Source of the DNA: Alphaproteobacteria bacterium
GTDB lineage: Bacteria; Pseudomonadota; Alphaproteobacteria; SP197
Length of the DNA: 64,000 nucleotides
Direction of reading: 5' to 3'
NCBI GenBank assembly: GCA_964291415.2
Contig: OZ219918.1
Coordinates: 800,001-864,000 of the forward strand
The stretch's first letter is position 1. Each line of letters opens with the position of its first letter. The notes below the pieces were generated by a model, which searched no databases, was not told where the DNA came from, and saw nothing but the letters and a program-made list of their open reading frames with translations. Made by a program: the position numbers and the translations under genes. Shown one piece after another: positions 1 through 9,262 of the stretch.

Positions 1-261
1 TGACATCAGCTCGCCGGATGTCAGCCCGAGAGCGGCCGGGCCGTGGCTTGCCACGGCCCGCACGACGTCGCGTTCGGTGATGATTCCGGGGCCGCCAGCC
101 TGGCCCTCGCGGTCGACCAGGACCGACGAGATGTGCCGATCGATCATCGTCGAGGCGGCATCGGCGAGCAGACAGCCGGGTTCAACGAATACGAGATCGC
201 CTGCCATGATATCGCGGACGCGAAAGCGCCACGGCCAGGTATCGACCTGATGGCGATTCAT
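1..261 (-). CDS. CBS-domain protein, N-terminal part, runs off the window; probably CBS/DUF294 putative nucleotidyltransferase
   Basis: Not in the ORF track. Manual translation from ATG at 261 gives MNRHQVDTWPWRFRVRDIMAGDLVFVEPGCLLADAASTMIDRHISSVLV...GIITERDVVRAVA, a CBS signature. ATGA overlap with the exonuclease stop. DUF294 identity is inferred from context only. Confidence 0.75.
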   Translation of the reverse strand, partial: MNRHQVDTWPWRFRVRDIMAGDLVFVEPGCLLADAASTMIDRHISSVLVDREGQAGGPGIITERDVVRAVASHGPAALGLTSGELMS

Positions 262-1613
262 GGAACGTGCCAGCCCAGGGATCGTTGCTCGGAACGGGTG
301 CGCCGCGCCCGCCTGGCAAAGGCGAGTGCGTCACCCAGCGTCACGACACCCTGGTCCTCGAGCAGCGGCACGATGCGCGTGAAGAGTTCGGCAGCGGAGA
401 GTGCGTCACCCAATGCCGTGTGCCGGCCACCGACGGCAACGCCGAAGTGCCGGCAGACGGCATCGAGATCCAGCAAATGCAGGTCAGGCTCAAGGACGGC
501 GACAAGGTGGCCGGTGTCCAGGGAGAAGGGGGTGGACCAGGACGTCGCGCAACGCCGGCTTTCAGCGGTCAGGATGGCGAGGTCGAAACCGATGTTGTGA
601 CCGATCACGACGCAGTTGCCGGAGATCTCTTCCAAGCAATCGAGACCGGTCCTGACTTCGGGCGCCCCCTCGACCATGGCGTTGTCGATGCCGTGAATGG
701 CCGTCGAGACCCGTGGAATGGGGGTTGCCGGATCGATCAGCATGTCGAGATTGGCATGGGCATAGATCCGGACGCCATGCGTCCTGACGGCGCCGATGGA
801 GACGATCCGGTCCCGTCGGGGATCGAGTCCGGTGGTTTCGCAATCGACGACGACGCCCGGGATCTCGGCAAGCGGCGTGGTTGCTTCGGGTGGAGCGGAC
901 GGCGGAAGACTGTCGTGGAGCGCCAGATCATGATCGAGTTCATGGCCGCCCCCATCACCGGGAGGCGCCTCGAGAATCATCACCCAGCCTCCGCGGTCGC
1001 CAAGGGCGGCGATACGTGCGGGGATGTTGCGACCGTCCACGGACCGGACGCTGGCGACCGGCTCCGGGTTGTCCGGCTCCGGAACGCTTTCGCGCGTGAT
1101 GGCGGCGAACACGCTTGTTCCCGGACTGAGTGCGTCGGCGGGAAAGATCTGCCTGGCGGCGTTGTTGACCAGGCTGACCAGTCCGGTGGGCGTGACGACC
1201 ACCACGCCGGTGGGGAGCGCCGCAAGGATCCCTGTCAGACGCTGTTCCGTCAGCTGGCGCTGGTCTTCCCGGGACGCAAGAACACTGTCAACGGTGCCCG
1301 CGAGCGCTTTCAGTTCGCGGTTGGTGACCATGCGGTCGGCGTGGTCGAAAAAGCGTTGTCCCTCCCCGCCGGCGAGCAGCAGGCTGCCGCGCAGCCGCTG
1401 GATGTCCCTCTTGTGTCCGCGGACAAGGGTCATGGCGGACCACAGGGCTCCTGCGGCAATGATGACTCCGGTTCCTATGGCAAGCGCGCGCAGGGCGAGG
1501 TGTTCCGGCCACGATGTCCACGCGGCGAGAAGCGCCAGCCACAGTACCGCACCCGCAGACGACACCAGGCACACGATCATGCCCTGCCAGTACCGTGTTT
1601 CCGGCTTCAGCAC
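258..1613 (-). CDS. Membrane-anchored 3'-5' exonuclease (2 TM + PAS-like + DEDDh/Pol III epsilon-like domain)
   Basis: Motifs VVVDCETTGLD, GHNIGFDL, RHTALGDA; two N-terminal hydrophobic helices; PAS-like ILAALPTGVVVVTPTGLVSLVNNAA. Confidence 0.85.
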   Translation of the reverse strand: MLKPETRYWQGMIVCLVSSAGAVLWLALLAAWTSWPEHLALRALAIGTGVIIAAGALWSAMTLVRGHKRDIQRLRGSLLLAGGEGQRFFDHADRMVTNRELKALAGTVDSVLASREDQRQLTEQRLTGILAALPTGVVVVTPTGLVSLVNNAARQIFPADALSPGTSVFAAITRESVPEPDNPEPVASVRSVDGRNIPARIAALGDRGGWVMILEAPPGDGGGHELDHDLALHDSLPPSAPPEATTPLAEIPGVVVDCETTGLDPRRDRIVSIGAVRTHGVRIYAHANLDMLIDPATPIPRVSTAIHGIDNAMVEGAPEVRTGLDCLEEISGNCVVIGHNIGFDLAILTAESRRCATSWSTPFSLDTGHLVAVLEPDLHLLDLDAVCRHFGVAVGGRHTALGDALSAAELFTRIVPLLEDQGVVTLGDALAFARRARRTRSEQRSLGWHVP

Positions 1614-2308
1614 CCGGTTTCTCCGCGCTCGGCGCGGGCTCTCCAGTCCTCGAGGAGCCCATGGCCATCCATGCGCCGGCGGACCTGCTCGCGGACATCG
1701 CGCCAGCGAAAGCGGATCGAATTGGTCACGATCTCTTGATCGAGTTCCCTGTACTCATCGATGACGGGTGCCAGGCGGACAAGATCGATCTCGCTGCCGA
1801 AGAAGGCTGTGCGCCCCTCGGCCGCCGCCTGCCAGTTCTCGAAGCGGGCCCGCCGGTCGAAGGCATCGAATGTCGCGCCGAGGTCATCGCGTTCCGGTTG
1901 ACCTGCCAGGCCCGCCAGGGCCGCGTTGCGAAAGGCGTGACTCGCCAGGGCCTGCAGGGTGCCGTCGTCGACGGCGGCCTGCCGGCCTGCCGTGGCCACG
2001 GAATAGACCGTGAGGTCGGAGAGACAGGAAAGGAAAACCTTGACCGACGCAATGCGGATCGAGGCGGAGAATACCTCGTCCTCGAACCAGGCCCTGAAGC
2101 TCGTGCCCATGCGGGCCTTGAGGTATCCGTGGAGTGATGTCTGTGCGATGTACGAGGACCTCGTGTGGACAAACTCCACCAGGCCGTCGACCGTCCCCAG
2201 TTTCGACCGGTCGAAACGAAGCTTCAGGATTCGGGGCAGATTCGGTGCCGGCGAGACCACGGTTGTCAACAGCCGCACCATTCCCTGTTGAAATCGTGAG
2301 AGCATCAT
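1607..2308 (-). CDS. Hypothetical protein (~233 aa)
   Basis: Protein-like ORF overlapping the exonuclease start; start moved to ATG 2308 because the longer ORF overlaps DUF4212. Confidence 0.7.
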   Translation of the reverse strand: MMLSRFQQGMVRLLTTVVSPAPNLPRILKLRFDRSKLGTVDGLVEFVHTRSSYIAQTSLHGYLKARMGTSFRAWFEDEVFSASIRIASVKVFLSCLSDLTVYSVATAGRQAAVDDGTLQALASHAFRNAALAGLAGQPERDDLGATFDAFDRRARFENWQAAAEGRTAFFGSEIDLVRLAPVIDEYRELDQEIVTNSIRFRWRDVREQVRRRMDGHGLLEDWRARAERGETGC

Positions 2309-2403
2309 CCATAATCCCGGTGGCCGTTTCAGATGCCCCTCCTGGCTATCGACACGCGCACCGGGGGCTGGCCTACGGCACCAACTGTTGAAGGAGGCGG
2401 CGA

Positions 2404-2658
2404 ATGTCGCAGGATAACAGAAGACTACACTGGGCCAAGACGTCCCGCCTGACCTACTGGGTGCTGGCGCTCTGGCTCCTGTTCGGATACGTGTTTCCGT
2501 TCTTTGCAAAGGATCTCGACGGCGGTTCGTTCCTGGGGTTCCCGCTCGGTTACTACATGATCGTTCAGGGGTCGCTCATCGTGTTCGTTCTGTTGATCGT
2601 TGGTCAAAACTTCCTGCAGGACCGCATCGATGAAGAGTGCGGCCTGAGCGACGAATGA
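2404..2658 (+). CDS. DUF4212 / sodium:solute symporter small subunit
   Basis: 84 aa, 2 TM, FLGFPLGYYMIVQGSLIVFV motif, RBS AAGGAGG, directly upstream of the SSS gene. Confidence 0.9.
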   Translation: MSQDNRRLHWAKTSRLTYWVLALWLLFGYVFPFFAKDLDGGSFLGFPLGYYMIVQGSLIVFVLLIVGQNFLQDRIDEECGLSDE

Positions 2659-2668
2659 GGAGGGTTCA

Positions 2669-4486
2669 ATGAGCGATCAATCACAAGGAACCCGTTTCGT
2701 CGACCGTCTGGGCAGGGTTTACGGAATCTACACGCTTGGATTCCTGGGTTTCTTTGCCCTGATGGCGATTGTCGAGCAGCTTGGCGCAAGCGCCCAGCTG
2801 ATCGGCATCCTCTTCCTCCTCTTCACCATCGCGATCTACGCCACGATCGGCTGGCTCTCGCGGACCATGCAGGTCGATGCCTACTACGTTGCCGGTCGGG
2901 AAGTCCCGGCGTTCTACAACGGCATGGCGACGGCCGCGGACTGGATGTCCGGCGCATCCTTCGTCGCCCTGGCGGGAGGCATCTACTTCGGTGGCTACCC
3001 CTATCTCGGGTTTGTCATCGGCTGGACGGGAGGTTACGTGCTCGTCAACGCCCTGATGGCGCCCTATCTCAGGAAGTTCGGCTGCTACACGGTGCCCGAC
3101 TTCATCGGCACCCGATACGGTGGCAACCTGGCACGGTTCTGCGCCGTGGTGGTGCTGGTGGTCGCGTCGTTCACCTACGTGACGGCACAGATCAACGCGA
3201 CCGGCACGATTGCCGCCAGGGCCCTTGCCATACCGTTCGAGTTTGGTGTGTGGTTCGGACTCCTGGGTATCCTGCTCTGTTCGATGCTGGGTGGCATGCG
3301 CGGCGTGACCTGGACACAGGTGGCGCAGTACATCGTCCTCATCATCGCCTATCTGGTGCCGGTGATCTGGATGTCGAATGCCCAGGGCTTCGGCATCATC
3401 CCTCACTTCACCTACGGCGACGCGACGATTCGCATTGCCGAACTCGAGGCCCAGTACGGACTCGAGGCGGCGGCCCAGGCCGTGGCCGGGCTGAGGGTCC
3501 TGACAACGCCCCACTTCGATCCGCAGGGTGGACTGGATTCCTGGAAGTTCGTGACCCTTGCCTTGTGCATGATGGCGGGCACGGCCTCCCTGCCGCACAT
3601 CCTCATGCGCTACTTCACGACGCCGTCAGTGCGTCAGGCGCGCAAGTCGGTGGGCTGGTCCCTGTTCTTCATCTTCCTGCTCTACTTCACGGCGCCGGCA
3701 CTGGCGACCCTGACCAAGCTCCAGCTTCTCGATCCGAATCTGGCAACGGCGGTGGTCGGCAAGGCGATTGACGACGTCGCGAATCTCGAGTGGATCAAGA
3801 ACTGGACCGAGGTCGGCATGCTGTCGGTCGTCGACCAGAACGGTGATGGCATCGTGCAGCTCAACGAGTTCTTCATGAGGCCCGACATCGTCGTGCTGGC
3901 GACACCGGAAATTGCCGGTCTGCCCTACGTGATTTCGGGACTCGTGGCAGCCGGTGGCATGGCGGCAGCGATGTCGACTGCCGACGGTCTGCTGCTGGCG
4001 ATGGCCAACGCACTGAGCCACGATCTCTACTACAAGATCATCGATCCCAAGGCCGACACGAAGCGTCGTCTGATTGTCGCCCGTGTCCTGCTGTTGGGTA
4101 TCGGTGCCCTTGCAGCCCTGATCGCATCTTTGCAGCTCACGGGCATTCTGGGAGCCGTGGCATGGGCCTTCTGCTTCGCCTGCTCGGGTCTGTTCTTCCC
4201 GCTGGTTCTGGGAATCTGGTGGAAACGCGCCAACAGACCGGGGGCAATTGCAGGCATGATTGCCGGCTTTGTGGCGGGGACGGTTTACCTCATCCACGTC
4301 TACAACGGCGGTGACCAGCTGTGGTCGATCGACCACCTCCGGTTCGGCATGATCGGCATGCCGGTCTCGCTGGTGGCGATGGTCGTGGTTTCACTGATCA
4401 CCGAAGCACCGGATGCCGAGATGCAGGCCATGGTGGATGAAACCCGCATTCCGACGGGTAAGCCGATCCTGGCCGAAACGCACTGA
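2669..4486 (+). CDS. Sodium:solute symporter (ActP/VC_2705-like)
   Basis: YYVAGR, NGMATAADWMSGASF, LPHILMRYFT, AAMSTADGLL motifs; many TM helices. Confidence 0.93.
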   Translation: MSDQSQGTRFVDRLGRVYGIYTLGFLGFFALMAIVEQLGASAQLIGILFLLFTIAIYATIGWLSRTMQVDAYYVAGREVPAFYNGMATAADWMSGASFVALAGGIYFGGYPYLGFVIGWTGGYVLVNALMAPYLRKFGCYTVPDFIGTRYGGNLARFCAVVVLVVASFTYVTAQINATGTIAARALAIPFEFGVWFGLLGILLCSMLGGMRGVTWTQVAQYIVLIIAYLVPVIWMSNAQGFGIIPHFTYGDATIRIAELEAQYGLEAAAQAVAGLRVLTTPHFDPQGGLDSWKFVTLALCMMAGTASLPHILMRYFTTPSVRQARKSVGWSLFFIFLLYFTAPALATLTKLQLLDPNLATAVVGKAIDDVANLEWIKNWTEVGMLSVVDQNGDGIVQLNEFFMRPDIVVLATPEIAGLPYVISGLVAAGGMAAAMSTADGLLLAMANALSHDLYYKIIDPKADTKRRLIVARVLLLGIGALAALIASLQLTGILGAVAWAFCFACSGLFFPLVLGIWWKRANRPGAIAGMIAGFVAGTVYLIHVYNGGDQLWSIDHLRFGMIGMPVSLVAMVVVSLITEAPDAEMQAMVDETRIPTGKPILAETH

Positions 4487-4511
4487 CGCATCGTTGAAGA
4501 CCCTTTTGTTC

Positions 4512-4543
4512 CAGGGGGGCGGACAGAGATGTCCGCCCCCCTG
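4512..4543 (+). terminator. Perfect 14-bp stem hairpin with GAGA loop after the symporter (terminator or mRNA stabiliser)
   Basis: CAGGGGGGCGGACA-GAGA-TGTCCGCCCCCCTG; no clear U-tract. Confidence 0.6.
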
Positions 4544-4575
4544 CCTGTTCATGACATCCTGGGAGCCGTAAACCG

Positions 4576-4947
4576 ATGACCAGCCTGGCGGCTGTTCTCC
4601 CCTGGTGGGTGGTGGGCCTCGACTACATCCTCGGCGCCATCATGTGGACGCTGATTGGCCGTGCGGCCATGAACATCTTTCTTCCCGTGACATCCGACTT
4701 CTTCTTCATGCGGGCGTTCGTCATGCTGACCGACCCGGTCCTGAGGGTTTTCCGGCCGGTGACGCCGGGATTTCTCATCGACCCGGTCGTGCCGCTGTTC
4801 GTGGCCTGGTTCTTTTTCCTGTTCCGCTTCTATGCCATGCCCTGGATTCTCGGGTATTCGGTGCTCGGCATGCTGTCCTTCCCCCTCGAGGGGGAGATCG
4901 CCGCCATCCTCTACGATCTCTTAGGTGGCGGACTCAGCGGTTCCTGA
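4576..4947 (+). CDS. YggT-like membrane protein
   Basis: Hydrophobic 123 aa with LTDPVLRVFRPVTP motif. Confidence 0.7.
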   Translation: MTSLAAVLPWWVVGLDYILGAIMWTLIGRAAMNIFLPVTSDFFFMRAFVMLTDPVLRVFRPVTPGFLIDPVVPLFVAWFFFLFRFYAMPWILGYSVLGMLSFPLEGEIAAILYDLLGGGLSGS

Positions 4948-4953
4948 AGAACC

Positions 4954-5514
4954 ATGGCCGAGGAGAATGCCCTGCGTGACGCGTTCATGGTCTGGCAGTG
5001 TCTCATCCGCCAGCACGCCATGCGCAGGGAGAACGGGCGTCCATCGAGCGCCATGACACCCCGTGTCGTCCTTGCCGGCGGAAGCGAGGCAGGTCACATC
5101 CGAACCGTCCTTCTCGAAAAGCAGCCGGCTGCCTCGGCGGCTCTCTTTCGCCAGACGGTCTCGGGAACCCACGATCCCCGGGAGCGATTCGAAAAGGGGT
5201 TGAAGCACCTGGCGGCAACCTATTTTCAGACTTCGCGGGAGTTCGAGCCGCGGCTCTTCGCCCAGTTCTCCCTGCAGTCACCGGGCGCGGCCGCCCTCGT
5301 TGCCGCGGGCAGCGCGACGCTCCACTTCGAGCAGTTCAGCCAGTCCTGGATCCTGCCATGCGAGGTTCAGGACCTGCCGGGCGACGATCCCTTTGCCACG
5401 ACGCTCTTCTGGCACAATGCCCTCTTCGCCCCGCCTCCCGCAGCGACACGGGCCCTTGCCTTCCTTCCCGACTGGCAAACAGCCACAGCCAATCCCCCGG
5501 TCGGGCGCGGTTGA
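4954..5514 (+). CDS. Hypothetical protein (186 aa)
   Basis: Starts 6 bp after the YggT-like gene, protein-like composition. Confidence 0.7.
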   Translation: MAEENALRDAFMVWQCLIRQHAMRRENGRPSSAMTPRVVLAGGSEAGHIRTVLLEKQPAASAALFRQTVSGTHDPRERFEKGLKHLAATYFQTSREFEPRLFAQFSLQSPGAAALVAAGSATLHFEQFSQSWILPCEVQDLPGDDPFATTLFWHNALFAPPPAATRALAFLPDWQTATANPPVGRG

Positions 5515-5861
5515 TGCGCCCTGGTGCTGGCTCCGTGATGCCGGTGCCTGGCATTGATCGGATCTGCAGAACCGCGCATTCGAACTCAAGGATGTCAAGC
5601 GACCGGATTGACTTCATGAACGCAATAGGTCGAAACCCGAGCCCTCCGCCCAACAATGGGAGTTCAATCGAAAACACTGAATCGCCTTCGCTCGCTCTTG
5701 GACAGATGAAGGTCCATCTAGTCCGCGACCAGAGGCTCAATACCTGACACGTCAACCCCGTTGGATGCCGCAGCAATGTCATCACATGATTGCATGTTCA
5801 TCCAGTATGTCGGGGTTGTGTTGAAGGCACGGGCACGGCGCAAGGCCGTGTCAGGTGTCAT

Positions 5862-7208
5862 GGTTGTGTCCCACCGCGTGGTGTAGGAGTTCTGGCTCCG
5901 CTGGAAGTTGTGGGTAACTGGCCCGCCGCAGCGACCAACGAGTCAGGCGGCGGGGGGCCAGTTATCCACAACGGCGGCCATCGCGGTTCCGGTTAAGGTT
6001 GGGTTTGCACAATCCACCTGACCGGAGGAGTACCACGATGACCACCAACGACATGATGACCCTGCAGGCCCTGTTGGAGAAGAGCTCTGACAGCGATCTT
6101 CTGCGCGAGATGATCGGTTCGCGGCCGGGCGCCTGATGGCCCTGGAAGTGGAGGGTCTGGGCGCCGCGCATGGCGAGCGCACACCGGAGCGGATCAACCA
6201 GAGAAACGGCTACCGCGACCGGTTGTGGGAGACCCGCGCGGGCACAGTGGAGCTGAAGATCCCGAAGTTGAGAAAGGGGAGCTACTTCCCCGGCTTCCTG
6301 GAGCCGCGGCGGACGGCGGAGAAGGCTCTGACGGCGGTGATGCCTACATCCAGGGCGTGTCGACGCCGGTTGATGACCTGGTGCAGGCCATGGGCATGAG
6401 CGGCAGAGCCAGGTCTCCCGGCTGTGCGGCGAGATCGACGACAAGATCGGCGGCTTCCTTGAGCGGCCCCTGGAGGGCACTGGTCATGCCACCTATGTGA
6501 AGGTCCGCGAGGCCGGGCGCATCGTCTCGGTCGCGGTGACCATCGCCGTGGCGGTCAACGACCAGGGCCGCCGCGAGGTCCTGGGCATGGCGGTCGGCGC
6601 CTCGGAGGCCGAGACCTTCTGGACCACTTCCTGCGTTCCTTGGCGCGCCGCGGGCTCCGGGGTGTCAAGCTGGTGATCTCCGACGACCACAAGGGTCTCA
6701 AGGCCGCGGTCACCCGCATCCTGCCACCTGGCAACATGCCGCGTGCACTTCACCCGCAACCTCTTGGCCCATGCCGGCAAGCAGGGCCGGGGCGATGCCT
6801 TCATCGCCACCGCCTTCGCCCAGAACAACGCCGCGGACGCCAAGTCCCAGTGGCGTCATCGACCAGCTCCGGCCCAAGGTGCGAAGGCTCATGGACAGGC
6901 CGAAGAGGATGTGCTGGGACCTTCCCCAGGGAGGTGAAGTTGCACTCCACGAATCCCCTCGAACGTCTCAACGCCGAGATCAAGCGCCGCACCAACGTCG
7001 TCGGCATCTTCCCCAACGAGAACGCCATCACCCGCCTGGTCGGCGCGATCCTTCTCGAGCAGAACGACGAATGGAGTGTCGGACGCCGATACATGACGCT
7101 GGAATCGATCGCTCCCGTGAGCGACAATATCAATCTCATGCTGCCCGCCGTGGCAGTTCGGATACCGAGCTGGACGCAGGCTCTTACACCACCCGGCGGG
7201 ACACGATC
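5862..7208 (+). mobile_element. IS256-family insertion sequence, decayed
   Basis: Imperfect terminal IRs (GGTTGTGTCCCACCGCGTGGTGTAGGAG vs revcomp GATCGTGTCCCGCCGGGTGGTGTAAGAG); 8-bp target duplication GGTGTCAT at 5854-5861 and 7209-7216. Confidence 0.92.
6038..7160 (+). pseudogene. IS256 transposase, multiply frameshifted
   Basis: Fragments in different frames: [30 protein letters not shown]; [18 protein letters not shown]; [24 protein letters not shown]. Confidence 0.92.
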
Positions 7209-7466
7209 GGTGTCATGCGGGTGACACCCTTCACAAGCCGTTCGATCCGCGTGCGAGGAACACCCAGATGGCGGGCAAGTGCAATCACTCCCATGTCCAG
7301 CGGATCGAGGTAGAGTTCCTTCAGAACCTTGCCGGGATGCATCGGTTCTTCAAGCGGGCTCATCCGTGGATCCGGTTGGTACGGAAAGGCCTGACTTCAT
7401 AACGCTGTTTCGTAGCCTGGTCAGCTTTCTTCGCGCCGGCCCTGGGTCCGAGGATGGCGTTGAGGA

Positions 7467-7868
7467 TCAGAACTTGCGGTAGGCGCGGTTGAGGTCGCGC
7501 ATGGGATGGCGATCCGACATCTGGAACTTGATCAGGAGTTCGCGGGCGATCATGTCGCGGTCCTGCTGGTTGTCCGGCAGATCCACGGATTCGGGAATGC
7601 GGATCCAGCCGTTCGCGTTGCGGTCGAAGACCGCTGCATGACCTTCCTCGTAGCCCATGTGGACATCCTCGAGCCAGTTGAGATCGTCCCAGCCCATGAG
7701 TTCGATGTAGGTCTTCAGGAACGGCGTCAACCGGTCATAGTCGGGAAGCAGGTTGACGTCGTAGCGATAGCCGATGTGCTGGCCGATCTCCTTCTCGCGG
7801 GAGGTGTCGAGGCCGTCCGAGGTGAGGAAGTAGTCGACGTCGGCCGTCTGGTCGGTTGTGTCTGTCAT
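7467..7868 (-). CDS. Hypothetical acidic protein (133 aa), last gene of the NMG-like operon
   Basis: ORF 19 bp downstream of the FMN subunit, same strand, protein-like. Confidence 0.75.
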   Translation of the reverse strand: MTDTTDQTADVDYFLTSDGLDTSREKEIGQHIGYRYDVNLLPDYDRLTPFLKTYIELMGWDDLNWLEDVHMGYEEGHAAVFDRNANGWIRIPESVDLPDNQQDRDMIARELLIKFQMSDRHPMRDLNRAYRKF

Positions 7869-7887
7869 CTCTCGTATCCTGCCCTCA

Positions 7888-9240
7888 TCAGAGGTGGTGG
7901 TAGTCATCGACGCCGACGGTGTGATTGGTCCCTGCCAGGGGGACGCCCGCCATGGCCGAAGCCTCCATGGTCAGTGCCGCCAGATCTTCCGGCTCGAGGC
8001 TGTGGACATTGGTCTTGCCGCAGGCCCGCGCCATCATCTGGCATTCGATGGTCAGTGTATGGAGGATGTTGTAGACGCGTTCGGCCGCATCGTCGGGGTT
8101 GAGGCGCTTGCGCAACTCCGGATCCTGGGTTGCGACGCCGACCGGGCAGCGGCCGGTATGGCAGTGGTAGCAGTATCCGGCGGGAACGCCGATGGTGCCC
8201 TCGAAGTCCGCCTCCGGGATGTCCTTGTTGCAGTTGAGAGCCATCATCGCGGTGGTCCCGATGGCGACCGCGTCGGCGCCGAGAGCGAGCGCCTTCGCCA
8301 GGTCACCGCCGTTTCTCACCGCGCCGGCGTAGATGAGCGTGATGTCGCCGCGCTTGCCGAGATCATCGATCGCCCGCCTGGCCTGACGTATGGCGGCGAT
8401 TCCGGGAATGCCGGTCTCCTCGGTGGCAAGGTGGGGGCCTGCCCCGGTCGAACCCTCCATGCCATCGATGTAGATGGAGTCGGGATCGCACTTCACGGCC
8501 ATGCGCACGTCATCGTAGACACGCGCCGCACCGAGCTTGAGCTGGATCGGGATCTGGTAATTCGTTGCCTCGCGAATCTCCTGGATCTTGAGGGCGAGGT
8601 CGTCGGGGCCCAGCCAGTCCGGGTGGCGCGCCGGCGAGCGCTGGTCGATACCCGCGGGCAGGGACCGCATCTCGGCCACCTGGTCGGTGACCTTCTGGCC
8701 CATGAGATGGCCGCCAAGGCCGACCTTGCAGCCCTGGCCGATGAAGAACTCGCAACCGTCGGCCAGCCGCAGGTGATGCGGATTGAAGCCGTAGCGGGAC
8801 TGGATGCACTGGTAGAACCACTTTTCCGAGTAGCGGCGTTCATCGGGGATCATGCCGCCTTCGCCGGAACACGTCGCCGTGCCCGCCATGGTGGCGCCGC
8901 GGGCGAGCGCGGTCTTCGCCTCGTAGCTCAGTGCACCGAAGCTCATGCCGGTGACATAGACTGGAATGTCGAGAACCAGAGGGCGTCCGGCGCGGGGACC
9001 GATCACGGTCTCGGTCTGGCACTTCTCGCGATACCCCTCGATCACGAAACGGGTGAGGGTGCCCGGAAGGAACGTGAGATCATCCCAGGTCGGGATCTTC
9101 TTGAAGAGCGCCATGCCGCGCATGCGGTAACGCCCCAGTTCGGCCTTGATGTGGATGTCGTCAACCACCCGCGGCGGGAACATGAAATTCTCGCCGAGGA
9201 TTTCCCTGTTGCGGCCACTGCCGTTCGTGTCTGCGGTCAT
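7888..9240 (-). CDS. FMN-binding glutamate synthase-family protein (N-methylglutamate synthase C / GlxD-like)
   Basis: MSFGALS, SGEGG, GQGCKVGLGGHL, HPDWLGPDDL, CYHCHTGRCPVGVATQDP. Confidence 0.9.
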   Translation of the reverse strand: MTADTNGSGRNREILGENFMFPPRVVDDIHIKAELGRYRMRGMALFKKIPTWDDLTFLPGTLTRFVIEGYREKCQTETVIGPRAGRPLVLDIPVYVTGMSFGALSYEAKTALARGATMAGTATCSGEGGMIPDERRYSEKWFYQCIQSRYGFNPHHLRLADGCEFFIGQGCKVGLGGHLMGQKVTDQVAEMRSLPAGIDQRSPARHPDWLGPDDLALKIQEIREATNYQIPIQLKLGAARVYDDVRMAVKCDPDSIYIDGMEGSTGAGPHLATEETGIPGIAAIRQARRAIDDLGKRGDITLIYAGAVRNGGDLAKALALGADAVAIGTTAMMALNCNKDIPEADFEGTIGVPAGYCYHCHTGRCPVGVATQDPELRKRLNPDDAAERVYNILHTLTIECQMMARACGKTNVHSLEPEDLAALTMEASAMAGVPLAGTNHTVGVDDYHHL

Positions 9241-9262
9241 TTTCTGGCTGTCTCCCACCGTC

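Larger units (their letters stand above)
5718..7363 (-). pseudogene. higA: HigA-family antitoxin (HTH) interrupted by IS256
   Basis: Joining 7363-7209 with 5853-5718 gives an intact 96-aa ORF: [73 protein letters not shown]...IEPLVAD*. Confidence 0.88.

Noticed and set aside
43-600. 185-aa plus-strand ORF at the window start
   Set aside because: The minus strand encodes the exonuclease C-terminus and a CBS domain here.
5625-5652. Weak resemblance to a tRNA 3' end (GGTCGAAACCCGAGCCCTCCGCC) near higA
   Set aside because: Too degenerate, and no partner repeat in the window.
7364-7466. Possible higB toxin upstream of higA
   Set aside because: Only ~100 bp available and no recognisable RelE/HigB motif.
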